Assembly (NCBI GenBank): GCA_046758445.1
Contig: JBHIAE010000027.1
Span: forward strand, 1 to 38,231
DNA from: Candidatus Thorarchaeota archaeon
GTDB taxonomy: Archaea > Asgardarchaeota > Thorarchaeia > Thorarchaeales > Thorarchaeaceae
Direction: 5' to 3'
DNA length: 38,231 bases
In this document: piece by piece, positions 1 to 8,138 of the stretch
Layout: each line of letters begins with the position of its first letter
How positions within the stretch are numbered: position 1 is the stretch's first letter
Notes under the pieces: generated by a model
What the model was told of the DNA's origin: nothing
What the model saw: only the letters and a program-made list of their open reading frames with translations
Databases searched by the model: none
Made by a program: the position numbers and the translations under genes

Positions 1-554
1 GGGTTCACAACCTTGACTCCCAGGCCACCCACCTTTTGCAGCACCCAGGCAATGTACGCGGCCAGTCCACTCAGATCCTTCTCACGGACATAATGGAACG
101 TTATCATGCTGTTGCAGAAGAGGGGTAGTAGACCTGAATCCAGGTTAGGAAGGTCTTCAAGTTCTTCCCAGCTACCTAGGCCCTTCAGAGCAGGGAGAGC
201 AGGCTCAATTGTGGTAGTGTATCCCATAGCAGAGTATCGGTAGCCAAGTACGTAGGAGTTTGGCATCGTGTACCCAACCCCGCCTCGTGTGACCTTCGTC
301 TTGGGGACAGGATCAATCCTGTGGTCCTCGGGGCACATCGCCCTACCAAAGCCGAGCTTGCTGCCGACAATGTGAGAGTGCATGTCAACACCTCCGGCCA
401 TAACCATTCGACCCTTCAAGTCAATCGTCTTTGCTTTGCCCTCAATCTTGTCGACAATCTTGCCATCCGATATCGAGATGTCCATAATCTCTCCATCAAT
501 CTTGTTCTTCGGATCATATATCCTACCGTTCTTGAGAATGATATTGCCGGCCAT
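1..554 (-). CDS. fwdA: Formylmethanofuran dehydrogenase subunit A (amidohydrolase), 5' portion; runs off left edge
   Basis: Absent from the ORF track; translated by hand from the ATG at 554, which overlaps the fwdB stop (TAATG): MAGNIILKNGRIYDPKNKIDGEIMDI...GGVDMHSHIVG...GYRYSAMGYTT...GVKVVNP. The DxHxH metal motif, GYTT and KVVNP are FwdA hallmarks. Confidence 0.93.
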   Translation of the reverse strand, partial: MAGNIILKNGRIYDPKNKIDGEIMDISISDGKIVDKIEGKAKTIDLKGRMVMAGGVDMHSHIVGSKLGFGRAMCPEDHRIDPVPKTKVTRGGVGYTMPNSYVLGYRYSAMGYTTTIEPALPALKGLGSWEELEDLPNLDSGLLPLFCNSMITFHYVREKDLSGLAAYIAWVLQKVGGLGVKVVN

Positions 555-1861
555 TACTTCACCACCTTCTTCAGCTTCTTATGTATCATTCGTAGCACGT
601 CTCTGTCAGGCAGAACTCCGTCAGGCGGATCTACAACCTTCTTCAGATAGAGAGGAAGCCCATCCATTCGGGCAGCTGCGCCATCGGCCTCGATTCCCGC
701 GAGTGCTGCAGGAATATTAACTTCAGCCAACAGTGATGTCATATTGCACTTTGGGTCTATGTTGATGATCGGGATCCTAGCCATATGATAAACCGCTCTG
801 CGCGGAAAATGGGCCGCAGGGTCTGATGCTACATTGAGTATAGCATCGGGTTCGCCTCGGACCAACATATCGACTGCAGTATATTCTCCAGGTTGGTACC
901 TTGGATATCCTCTGGCATAGTCCACAGCAAAGGGATACCCCGTTTGCCATGTGGACGTCTTGTTGGCTCCTGCCACATTGTAGTGGCCGCGCATGGGCAT
1001 CATGTTCCACTTGCCATAGGAATTCAGGTCTTGTACCAGCCGGATAGCTGCATCCACATTTCTGTGACGTCCGGCCGACTGAGTCAGTCCGAGGCCAAAG
1101 AATAGTATTCCGTATTTCGCATTCCTCAGAGCCTCTGCAATCTCAGCAATCCGCTCAACCGAGAGACCGCCTATTCTGGTGACATCAATCTCATGACCTC
1201 TCAGTATTGCCCTGAGAGCGCTAATGACCTCCAAGTCCCGCCCTGGTGCAATCTTTACGAACTCATCCGCCATGTTGGCAGTGATGGTCTTTCGGATGTC
1301 AAAGACCCAGATCTTCCGGTCTGCCTTTGGATTCTTGATGTACTCGCCTTGAACACGGATATATCGGCTGATATGTCTGGGATGAGCGAACTGTGGGTTT
1401 GAGCCCCAATACACTATCACATCTGCGCGATGCTTCACTTCAGCCAACGAGCCTGCGGCTTCGCCTGACTCTTGAGTCCCCATTATAGTTGGACCGTGAC
1501 AGACTGAGGAAGTGTTGTCTACGACTCCTCCAATCGTTTCCGCAATCTTGTAGGCCTCTCTGTGCGCATCATTCTCAGTAGAACTAAGACCGTAGACAAG
1601 CGGGCGCCTAGCCTCAGCAAGAATCTCGACCGTCTTGTCAATCGCCTCTTCGAGAGAAACTTCCACATGAGTGTCACCTTTCTTGATTGTAGGCTTGGCA
1701 ATACGATCTTCATGATGGCTCAGGAACTTCGCCTTACTAATGGCACAACCCATCTCATTCTTGATTATCCGGATGCCCTTAACCTCAAGCTGGATGTCAT
1801 CACACAAACATCCACAGAAAGGACAGACAATATGCTCGAAGACTTGAGTTTCTTCATTCAT
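554..1861 (-). CDS. fwdB: Formylmethanofuran dehydrogenase subunit B (Mo/W-bis-PGD catalytic subunit)
   Basis: N-terminal CPFCGCLCDD [4Fe-4S] motif, SSVCHGP (Cys metal ligand), HPRH, MRGHYNVAGAN, WQTGYPFAVD, RMDG; lies between fwdD and fwdA. Confidence 0.96.
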   Translation of the reverse strand: MNEETQVFEHIVCPFCGCLCDDIQLEVKGIRIIKNEMGCAISKAKFLSHHEDRIAKPTIKKGDTHVEVSLEEAIDKTVEILAEARRPLVYGLSSTENDAHREAYKIAETIGGVVDNTSSVCHGPTIMGTQESGEAAGSLAEVKHRADVIVYWGSNPQFAHPRHISRYIRVQGEYIKNPKADRKIWVFDIRKTITANMADEFVKIAPGRDLEVISALRAILRGHEIDVTRIGGLSVERIAEIAEALRNAKYGILFFGLGLTQSAGRHRNVDAAIRLVQDLNSYGKWNMMPMRGHYNVAGANKTSTWQTGYPFAVDYARGYPRYQPGEYTAVDMLVRGEPDAILNVASDPAAHFPRRAVYHMARIPIINIDPKCNMTSLLAEVNIPAALAGIEADGAAARMDGLPLYLKKVVDPPDGVLPDRDVLRMIHKKLKKVVK

Positions 1862-2263
1862 CTAGGAGTCCTCCGTGATTTGCTTGAGAAGTTCTTTAGT
1901 GTTGAGAACTGACTCACCCTTCGCAGGGAACAGCTTGGCATCCAATGCCTTGAAAGCAGGCATTCCGCTCTCAAGAGTGTCTGAGTCCGTGACTGCATTC
2001 GCATATGGTCCACAAGGGATGAATGCAACTCCGGGCTCAGCTCTTCTGTCGAGGCTGCTACGCACCACAACACTGCCGAATACGGTTTCGACACGTACAG
2101 GATCACCTGCCTCAATTCCAAGGGACTTCAGGGTGGTGCTGTCCATCTCGCAGATGGCTACTGCCTCAATGTATTCTTGATTCATCTTTCCAAGCTCCAT
2201 TCCCTTCCCCTGTTTGAGGGTTCGACCCGAGGTCAGGATTACGTTGACACCAACATTGCTCAT
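1862..2263 (-). CDS. fwdD: Formylmethanofuran dehydrogenase subunit D (molybdopterin dinucleotide-binding)
   Basis: LTSGRTLKQG, FIPCGPYAN, GMPAFK motifs. Start refined to ATG at 2263 (MSNVGVNVIL); stop abuts the fwdB start. Confidence 0.93.
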   Translation of the reverse strand: MSNVGVNVILTSGRTLKQGKGMELGKMNQEYIEAVAICEMDSTTLKSLGIEAGDPVRVETVFGSVVVRSSLDRRAEPGVAFIPCGPYANAVTDSDTLESGMPAFKALDAKLFPAKGESVLNTKELLKQITEDS

Positions 2264-2360
2264 CGACAACACCGGCCACGAATTGAGAAATCGTGCTAAA
2301 AACCAAGATATGAGTGTCTTGGTGTTCACAGGAATACAGAACAAGTTGCTGGAGAGGTCA

Positions 2361-2477
2361 TGTCAGACCAATAAGACAAGGGATGCGGGTGGGAGAAACC
2401 CATCTTTCTAATCCAAACGCACTGACCTGGGCCCGCATCCCTGATTACCCATCAGACTGTTGTACGACCAATAAGAC
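2361..2477. promoter_or_regulatory. Pair of 17-bp direct repeats (TGTcaGACCAATAAGAC / TGTacGACCAATAAGAC), putative transcription-factor operators
   Basis: Copies at 2361-2377 and 2461-2477, 15/17 identical and exactly 100 bp apart, in the divergent fwd/pdh intergenic region. Confidence 0.55.
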
Positions 2478-2606
2478 GGTTCCTGTGCGACTGCCTACAC
2501 ATAGAAACAAACCTGTTCTTCTCTCTCAGCCAGTTCGAAGCCTTTATCAGACATAGTTCTGGGATGCGGCCATAATCCAACCTCATCAAGAAGGACGAGA
2601 TGTGAT

Positions 2607-3575
2607 ATGGCTGTCAAGAAGGAAACCATTGTCGAGTTGTACACTCGAACTCTAAAGGTTAGACTGTTCGAAGAGAAAGTCTGGGACCTCTTTGGAGAGA
2701 ATCTCGTTCCCGGCACCTTGCACCTCTATCTTGGACAGGAGGCCGTGGCTGCTGGTGTCACAACTGCTCTTAGAGAAACCGATTGGATACAGAGCACTCA
2801 TCGAGGTCATGGACACGTCATCGCCAAGGGAGCAGACATGAAGCCAGCATTGGCGGAGCTTCTAGGGAAGAAGACGGGCTCTTGCAAGGGAAAGGGAGGT
2901 TCCATGCATATCACCCAGTTCGATGTAGGCGTTCTTGGGGCCACGGGGGTAGTAGCTTCAGGACTACCCATTGCAGTTGGTGCAGCGCTCTCAGCTAAGA
3001 TGAGGAAGACCGATGAAGTGGTAGCCTGTTTCTTTGGAGACGGTGCTTCCAACAACGGAACTTTCGGAGAGTCATTAAACATGGCAGCCATATGGGAACT
3101 CCCACTGGTGTGGGTTGTAGAGAACAATCTCTATGCTATGGGAACCCCCATCACACTGACTTGTCCCAGTCAGAACATAGCAGACCGGGGAGAAGCATAC
3201 TGTACTCCTTCTGTGGTAGTGGATGGAAACAACGCCTTGGAGGTCTACGAGGCGGCTGTAGAGGCTGTGAAGAGGGCCAGAGAGGGAGGAGGACCGAGCC
3301 TGATTGAGTGTAAGACCTACAGGATGAAGGGACACTCACGATTCGATCCCGCCAAATACCGTCCTGAGGAAGAGGCTGAGCATTGGTTGGCCAGAGATGC
3401 AGTTGAGATAATCAGGAACATCGCATTGGAAAAGAAAGCTCTGACAGAGAAGCAAGCTGAGAAGATACGCAACACTCTGCAGAAGGCAGTCGACAAAGCG
3501 GCTGATTTCGCCATCAAATCTGAGCATCCCTCGCCAGAGGAAACACTTGATGATGTCTTTATGGAGGCTGCCTAG
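2607..3575 (+). CDS. pdhA: TPP-dependent 2-oxoacid (pyruvate/acetoin) dehydrogenase E1 alpha subunit
   Basis: HLYLGQEA, THRGHGH, GKGGSMH, TPP motif GDGA...ENN, TYRMKGHS..DPAKYR. Substrate (pyruvate vs acetoin) cannot be resolved. Confidence 0.92.
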   Translation: MAVKKETIVELYTRTLKVRLFEEKVWDLFGENLVPGTLHLYLGQEAVAAGVTTALRETDWIQSTHRGHGHVIAKGADMKPALAELLGKKTGSCKGKGGSMHITQFDVGVLGATGVVASGLPIAVGAALSAKMRKTDEVVACFFGDGASNNGTFGESLNMAAIWELPLVWVVENNLYAMGTPITLTCPSQNIADRGEAYCTPSVVVDGNNALEVYEAAVEAVKRAREGGGPSLIECKTYRMKGHSRFDPAKYRPEEEAEHWLARDAVEIIRNIALEKKALTEKQAEKIRNTLQKAVDKAADFAIKSEHPSPEETLDDVFMEAA

Positions 3576-4550
3576 ATGTCCGAAATAACGTACAGAGAGG
3601 CACTGAAACAGGGTCTCCGTGAGGAAATGATTAGAGATGAACGGGTCTTCATCATGGGAGAGGATGTCGGAAGGAACTGGGGTGGAGCCTTTAAGGTGAC
3701 AAAAGGCCTGGCTGAAGAGTTCGGCGATGAGCGAGTGAGGGACACTCCCATCTCTGAGAACACGATAGCGGGCGCAGCGATAGGAGCAGCCATTACCGGT
3801 TTGAGACCTGTTGCAGAAATCATGTTCGGAGATCTCATCACCTTGGCCATGGACCAGGTCTGCAATCAAGCTGCCAAGATGCGCTATATGTTCGGCGGAC
3901 AGACCTCAGTACCTCTAGTCCTGAGATCAGTCTTCGGAGGAGGTAAGAACATCGCATCCCACCACTCTCAGAGTCTTGAAGCTTGGTTCATGCACACGCC
4001 CGGACTCAAGATAGCCGTGCCTGCGTTTGCCTATGATGCCAAAGGCCTGATCAAGACAGCGATTCGGGACCCTGATCCAGTGATGTTCTTTGAGCACAAA
4101 CTGGTCTATGACAAGAAAGAGGAGGTGCCGGATGAGGAGTACTTGATTCCCTTGGGTGAGGCTAGGGTTCGGCGAGAGGGCGATGACGTCACATTATGGG
4201 GTACATTCTTCATGTTGCACAAAGCTCTAGAGGTAGCCGATGAGCTAGAGAAGGACGGGATTAGTGTTGAGGTCATCGACCCTCGAACTCTGGTTCCTTT
4301 TGACAGGAAGACACTCATTGACTCTGTCAAGAAGACCGGGCGACTGGTCCTTGTCACAGAAGAAACTCGGACAGGCGCGACCACGGCGGAAGTGGCAACA
4401 ATCGTTCAAGAAGAGGCATTTGATTGGTTGGATGCGCCCATAAAGAGAGTCAATGCCCCGGACACTCCTGTACCGTTTAGCCCGACACTGGAACAATACT
4501 TCATACCGGACAACAGGCGCATTGCAGAGGCCATCCGTGGAATTGTATGA
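3576..4550 (+). CDS. pdhB: 2-oxoacid dehydrogenase E1 beta subunit
   Basis: GEDVG, DTPISE, GLRPVAEIMF, HSQSLEAWF, DPDPVMFFEHK, IDPRTLVP, LDAPIKRV. Confidence 0.93.
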   Translation: MSEITYREALKQGLREEMIRDERVFIMGEDVGRNWGGAFKVTKGLAEEFGDERVRDTPISENTIAGAAIGAAITGLRPVAEIMFGDLITLAMDQVCNQAAKMRYMFGGQTSVPLVLRSVFGGGKNIASHHSQSLEAWFMHTPGLKIAVPAFAYDAKGLIKTAIRDPDPVMFFEHKLVYDKKEEVPDEEYLIPLGEARVRREGDDVTLWGTFFMLHKALEVADELEKDGISVEVIDPRTLVPFDRKTLIDSVKKTGRLVLVTEETRTGATTAEVATIVQEEAFDWLDAPIKRVNAPDTPVPFSPTLEQYFIPDNRRIAEAIRGIV

Positions 4551-4562
4551 GAGGCTTAACCG

Positions 4563-5783
4563 ATGGTGACCATAATGATCATGCAACGCATGAGCGTCGC
4601 CATGGAGTATGGTGTGATACTCAAATGGCTGAAGAAAGAGGGCGACCCTGTGAAGAAGGGTGAGCCAGTAGTTGAGATCTTTGGAGAGAAGAACGAGTTC
4701 GAGCTAGAAGCTCCAGAGGATGGAATCCTGCTTAGGATCCTCTGTGACGTCGATGACGAGATTCCCATTAGCGAACCAATCGCCATTGTCGGGAAGAAGG
4801 GAGAAGAGATTCCAGACGTGAAGCCTCGGAAGTTAGTCGACACTGTAGCTGCGTCAGCCCCGTCTACGACTACAACGCATGTCACTCCACCTCCGCAAGC
4901 AGCCTCGCCATCAGCAGCCGCGACCTCAGTGCTTCCGTCCGGCAGAATCAAGGCATCACCTAGAGCGAAGAAGCGTGCCAAGGAACTTGGTGTAGACCTA
5001 TCAAACATAGTTGGGACCGGAAAGGATGGACGAATCGTTGAGAAAGACGTCCTCTCGGCCGAAGCCGCTCCCCTGCCAGTAAAGGATAGTCGCAAGGTGA
5101 GCGAAGTAACGACATTGACACCACTGAGAAGGACTATTGCTAGAAGAATGACGCAGAGCGCTCAACATCCTCACATCACAATGATCACCGAGATTGACAT
5201 GACAGAGGTGGTCGCACTTAGAGAAGATATCAATGCACGCAATGCCAAGAAACTAGGTTTCAGAGTTTCATTCAATGACATAATCGTGAAAGGGGTTGCC
5301 GACATCCTTGAGAGGTTTCCGAAGTTCAACGCAACCCTCGTTGGGAATGAGCTTCATACATTCAAGGAAATCAACATCGGTGTGGCTATGGCAACAGAAG
5401 AGGGACTAATTGTACCAACAGTCAAGACTGCCAATAAGAAGTCAATCACGCAGATCGCTCAAGAAACGAAAGCTATGGGCAAGAAGGCAGAGAAGAATGA
5501 GCTGTCCCCAGAGGAGATGACAGGAAGCACGTTCACGGTGTCAAACCTTGGCCCTTTCAAAGTGGACCTGTTCATACCTGTGATCAACCCACCTGAAACG
5601 GCCATTCTTGCGTTAGGCCAAATCAAGAAGAAACCTGTGATCGTCGGCGATGAGGTCGTTGTGAGGTCTATGATGATGGCGAGTTGTGCCGTTGATCATA
5701 GGGTCCTAGATGGCGCTCCAGCAGGTGAGTTTCTACAGGCTCTGAAGGAATATCTTGAGAACCCGTACTTCATGAAGGTCTAA
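4563..5783 (+). CDS. pdhC: Dihydrolipoamide acyltransferase E2
   Basis: Lipoyl domain (WLKKEGD..EIFGEK), Ala/Pro/Thr linker, peripheral-subunit-binding domain (ASPRAKK..GTGKDGRI), catalytic DHRVLDG. Confidence 0.94.
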   Translation: MVTIMIMQRMSVAMEYGVILKWLKKEGDPVKKGEPVVEIFGEKNEFELEAPEDGILLRILCDVDDEIPISEPIAIVGKKGEEIPDVKPRKLVDTVAASAPSTTTTHVTPPPQAASPSAAATSVLPSGRIKASPRAKKRAKELGVDLSNIVGTGKDGRIVEKDVLSAEAAPLPVKDSRKVSEVTTLTPLRRTIARRMTQSAQHPHITMITEIDMTEVVALREDINARNAKKLGFRVSFNDIIVKGVADILERFPKFNATLVGNELHTFKEINIGVAMATEEGLIVPTVKTANKKSITQIAQETKAMGKKAEKNELSPEEMTGSTFTVSNLGPFKVDLFIPVINPPETAILALGQIKKKPVIVGDEVVVRSMMMASCAVDHRVLDGAPAGEFLQALKEYLENPYFMKV

Positions 5784-5863
5784 TCCTGCACCGTCGGGCA
5801 GCAATCATGCCATTGCAAAGGGTTATGAGATTCCAGAAAGAATTCTATCACAGAGGATTAGTG

Positions 5864-6061
5864 ATGATTGATTCTGGAACTTGTCCGAAGTGCGGAAGCA
5901 AACAAATAGCAGGACCTCATAGAATAATGGGGCAGCACCATGTGAGGGTTGACCTTCCGGGGTTGCTGACGGCCACCCTTGAATCTCTAACTTGCGGAAT
6001 ATGCGGCTATACTGAGCATTCTACATCCCATCTGATTCTATCACGAAAAGTCAAGACTTAA
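5864..6061 (+). CDS. Small zinc-ribbon protein (CPKC...CGICGYTE)
   Basis: Two CxxC knuckles; GAGGA SD-like sequence upstream of ATG 5864; C-terminus may be frameshifted. Confidence 0.6.
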   Translation: MIDSGTCPKCGSKQIAGPHRIMGQHHVRVDLPGLLTATLESLTCGICGYTEHSTSHLILSRKVKT

Positions 6062-6120
6062 GGTTGCGTGCCGCCTGTTCGGCAAGCTAGTCGGCCTGTA
6101 ACTGATGGTGATTGTGCGAA

Positions 6121-6918
6121 ATGTCTTGGCGTCTATTGGAAGGCCCAGATGTGGATATCTATCACAGTCTTGCAGTAGAGGAAACGCTTGTCAGAGTCTG
6201 CTCTCAATCGACGGACAAGACAAGCACTTTGAGACTTTGGAAGTCTGACTCCGCAGTTGTTATTGGTCGATTTCAATGCGTGCACAAGGAAGCTGACGTT
6301 CTTCGCTGCGAGAGGAAGGGTATACCAATTGCGCGCAGATTCACTGGCGGAGGTACAGTGTATCAGGACACGGGCAATCTCAACTTCACAATCTGTGCGG
6401 ATCGGAGTGAGCCATATGTTCCTAGAAAACTCCCAGATCTCTACAAGACGTTCGTGGGCGAGATAGCATATGAGCTACAGCAAATTGGAATACCAGCGCG
6501 ATTCGACAAGCAAAGGTCATGCCTACGAATCAAAGGGAGGAAGATATCAGGGACGGCCGGATGGATCAAGCGGGGAGTATCTTTCATTCACGGCACGTTG
6601 CTGATCAATGCAGACCTCTTGGCGCTCAAGAAGTGTCTCGAAGTTCCATCCAGTCAACCTAGATATCTGAGGAATGACGGAAAGACAAGGTGTCTTGAGA
6701 GCAAATGTGACGAGGTCACAAACATCAGCTCCGAGGTTCTGGAGCCACCCTCAGAAGAAGAGATTCGGGCCGCGATAGTCAGAAGCGTCGAGAAGATAGC
6801 TGACGTTTCAGTGGTTCGAGGTCACATGACCAAGGAAGAAACTGACACTGCGTATTCTTTATATCAGAGCCGCTATAGCCTGGCCGATTGGAACCTGGGG
6901 ACGCGTGCCCCAGAGTAG
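6121..6918 (+). CDS. lplA: Lipoate-protein ligase A family (catalytic domain only)
   Basis: LRLW...VVIGRFQ, RRFTGGGTVYQD.GNLNF, GRKISGTA, HGTLL; lacks the C-terminal domain; adjacent to E2. Confidence 0.9.
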   Translation: MSWRLLEGPDVDIYHSLAVEETLVRVCSQSTDKTSTLRLWKSDSAVVIGRFQCVHKEADVLRCERKGIPIARRFTGGGTVYQDTGNLNFTICADRSEPYVPRKLPDLYKTFVGEIAYELQQIGIPARFDKQRSCLRIKGRKISGTAGWIKRGVSFIHGTLLINADLLALKKCLEVPSSQPRYLRNDGKTRCLESKCDEVTNISSEVLEPPSEEEIRAAIVRSVEKIADVSVVRGHMTKEETDTAYSLYQSRYSLADWNLGTRAPE

Positions 6919-6935
6919 ACTTTGAGTTGACTAAT

Positions 6936-7283
6936 ATGGAAGAGGATGTAGAGAAGAAACTGAAGAGCTTCCAGAAGCACTTTGGCGCTCTAAACAGGGA
7001 CATACCTGACACCAGAAACGCATTCACTGACTTGCTAAAGACAGTACATAAGGATGGAGCACTTCCGGCCAAGTTCAAGGAGATAATGGCCATCGCAATC
7101 TCCATCATAACGCCTTGTGAACCATGCATGGTCTACCATACGAAGCAGGCGCTTGCTGCAGGGGCAACAAGAGACGAGATTATGGAGGCCGCGGCTGTCG
7201 CGATTGTAATGGGTGGAGGACCCGCCACAGCCCATGTGGCAACGGTTCAGGATGCGTTAGACAAGTGGGCGCCTCAAGAATAG
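6936..7283 (+). CDS. Carboxymuconolactone decarboxylase / AhpD-like protein with CxxC
   Basis: GALPAKFKEIMAIAI...CEPCMVYH...AGATRDEIMEA...MGGGP. Confidence 0.88.
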   Translation: MEEDVEKKLKSFQKHFGALNRDIPDTRNAFTDLLKTVHKDGALPAKFKEIMAIAISIITPCEPCMVYHTKQALAAGATRDEIMEAAAVAIVMGGGPATAHVATVQDALDKWAPQE

Positions 7284-8138
7284 CCTATGCCAAGTATATA
7301 GAAACTTCCCAGGCCAAAAGACGTGATTTGTGAATTAACGAGTTTCACCGGATGTAGCATGGACGACTCCGCCAGGTCGGGGCGTTACAAGTCCGTCGTC
7401 TACTGTGACCTCTTATTCACTTCTCAGCTTGGAAACATCACCCACTTGTGAGTGTTTCTTGGTCACATGCGATCTCCCTTATTGACAATTGATGTAAATG
7501 ACGCGAATCCTTGCGCGAAGCTATTCGGGTCAAGTAGGCTTCTTCCAGAAATATCCAAGAGCCCTGAATGGTTATGTACGACATATCAGAGATGTAGGTA
7601 TCCGTGAAAAGACGGAATGCCTTCAATGAAATCTGTTTGGAGGTGTAAGGAGAATGACTGGTCGCAGGAACACCCCGAAAGAATCGTAGGCCAATGACAT
7701 TGGCGAGATTCTGATCGTGGTTCACAGATTACTGTCGACCCTGGTCATCGAATGCAATGGCTCGTAAGATGATTAAGCGATGTGTAGGATTGATCAAAGT
7801 CTTGTCAACAGGACATGAACTGTCGTCCTAGCATGTGAATCTTGAACGAACATGAGGTCATGCAAGGAATTATGGCCTGCTCTTCTATTGTTTTGAAAAG
7901 TCATAAAGTATTCTAGGCCGGAAGAGAGTCTATGAGAGCCCTTTCCGAAGTCGCTTCAGGATTCTTGTAAAGATTCTATATATAGGAAACTGTTAGCTTG
8001 TGCAATCAAGAAGTACAGCGCCACCAGCACCAAATAGAAACTACGATGTTCGCCTCTCTGATAGTGCTTTTGCTTCGAGAAGGTGCAACACGCGCCGCCC
8101 GATGATGGTGATGCTAGGCTTCCTTCGAGGTGATTGCG

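Noticed and set aside
554-1861. Selenocysteine-containing FwuB
   Set aside because: The metal-ligand position is Cys (SSVCHGP) and there is no in-frame TGA.
7350-7405. Possible structured RNA (GACGAC...GTCGTC enclosing CTCCG-CCAGGT-CGGGG)
   Set aside because: Short imperfect pairing that matches no tRNA, SRP or riboswitch I recognise; would need Rfam/covariation support.
7438-7725. 95-aa ORF in the long intergenic gap
   Set aside because: Non-ATG start, no recognisable motif or SD, atypical composition.
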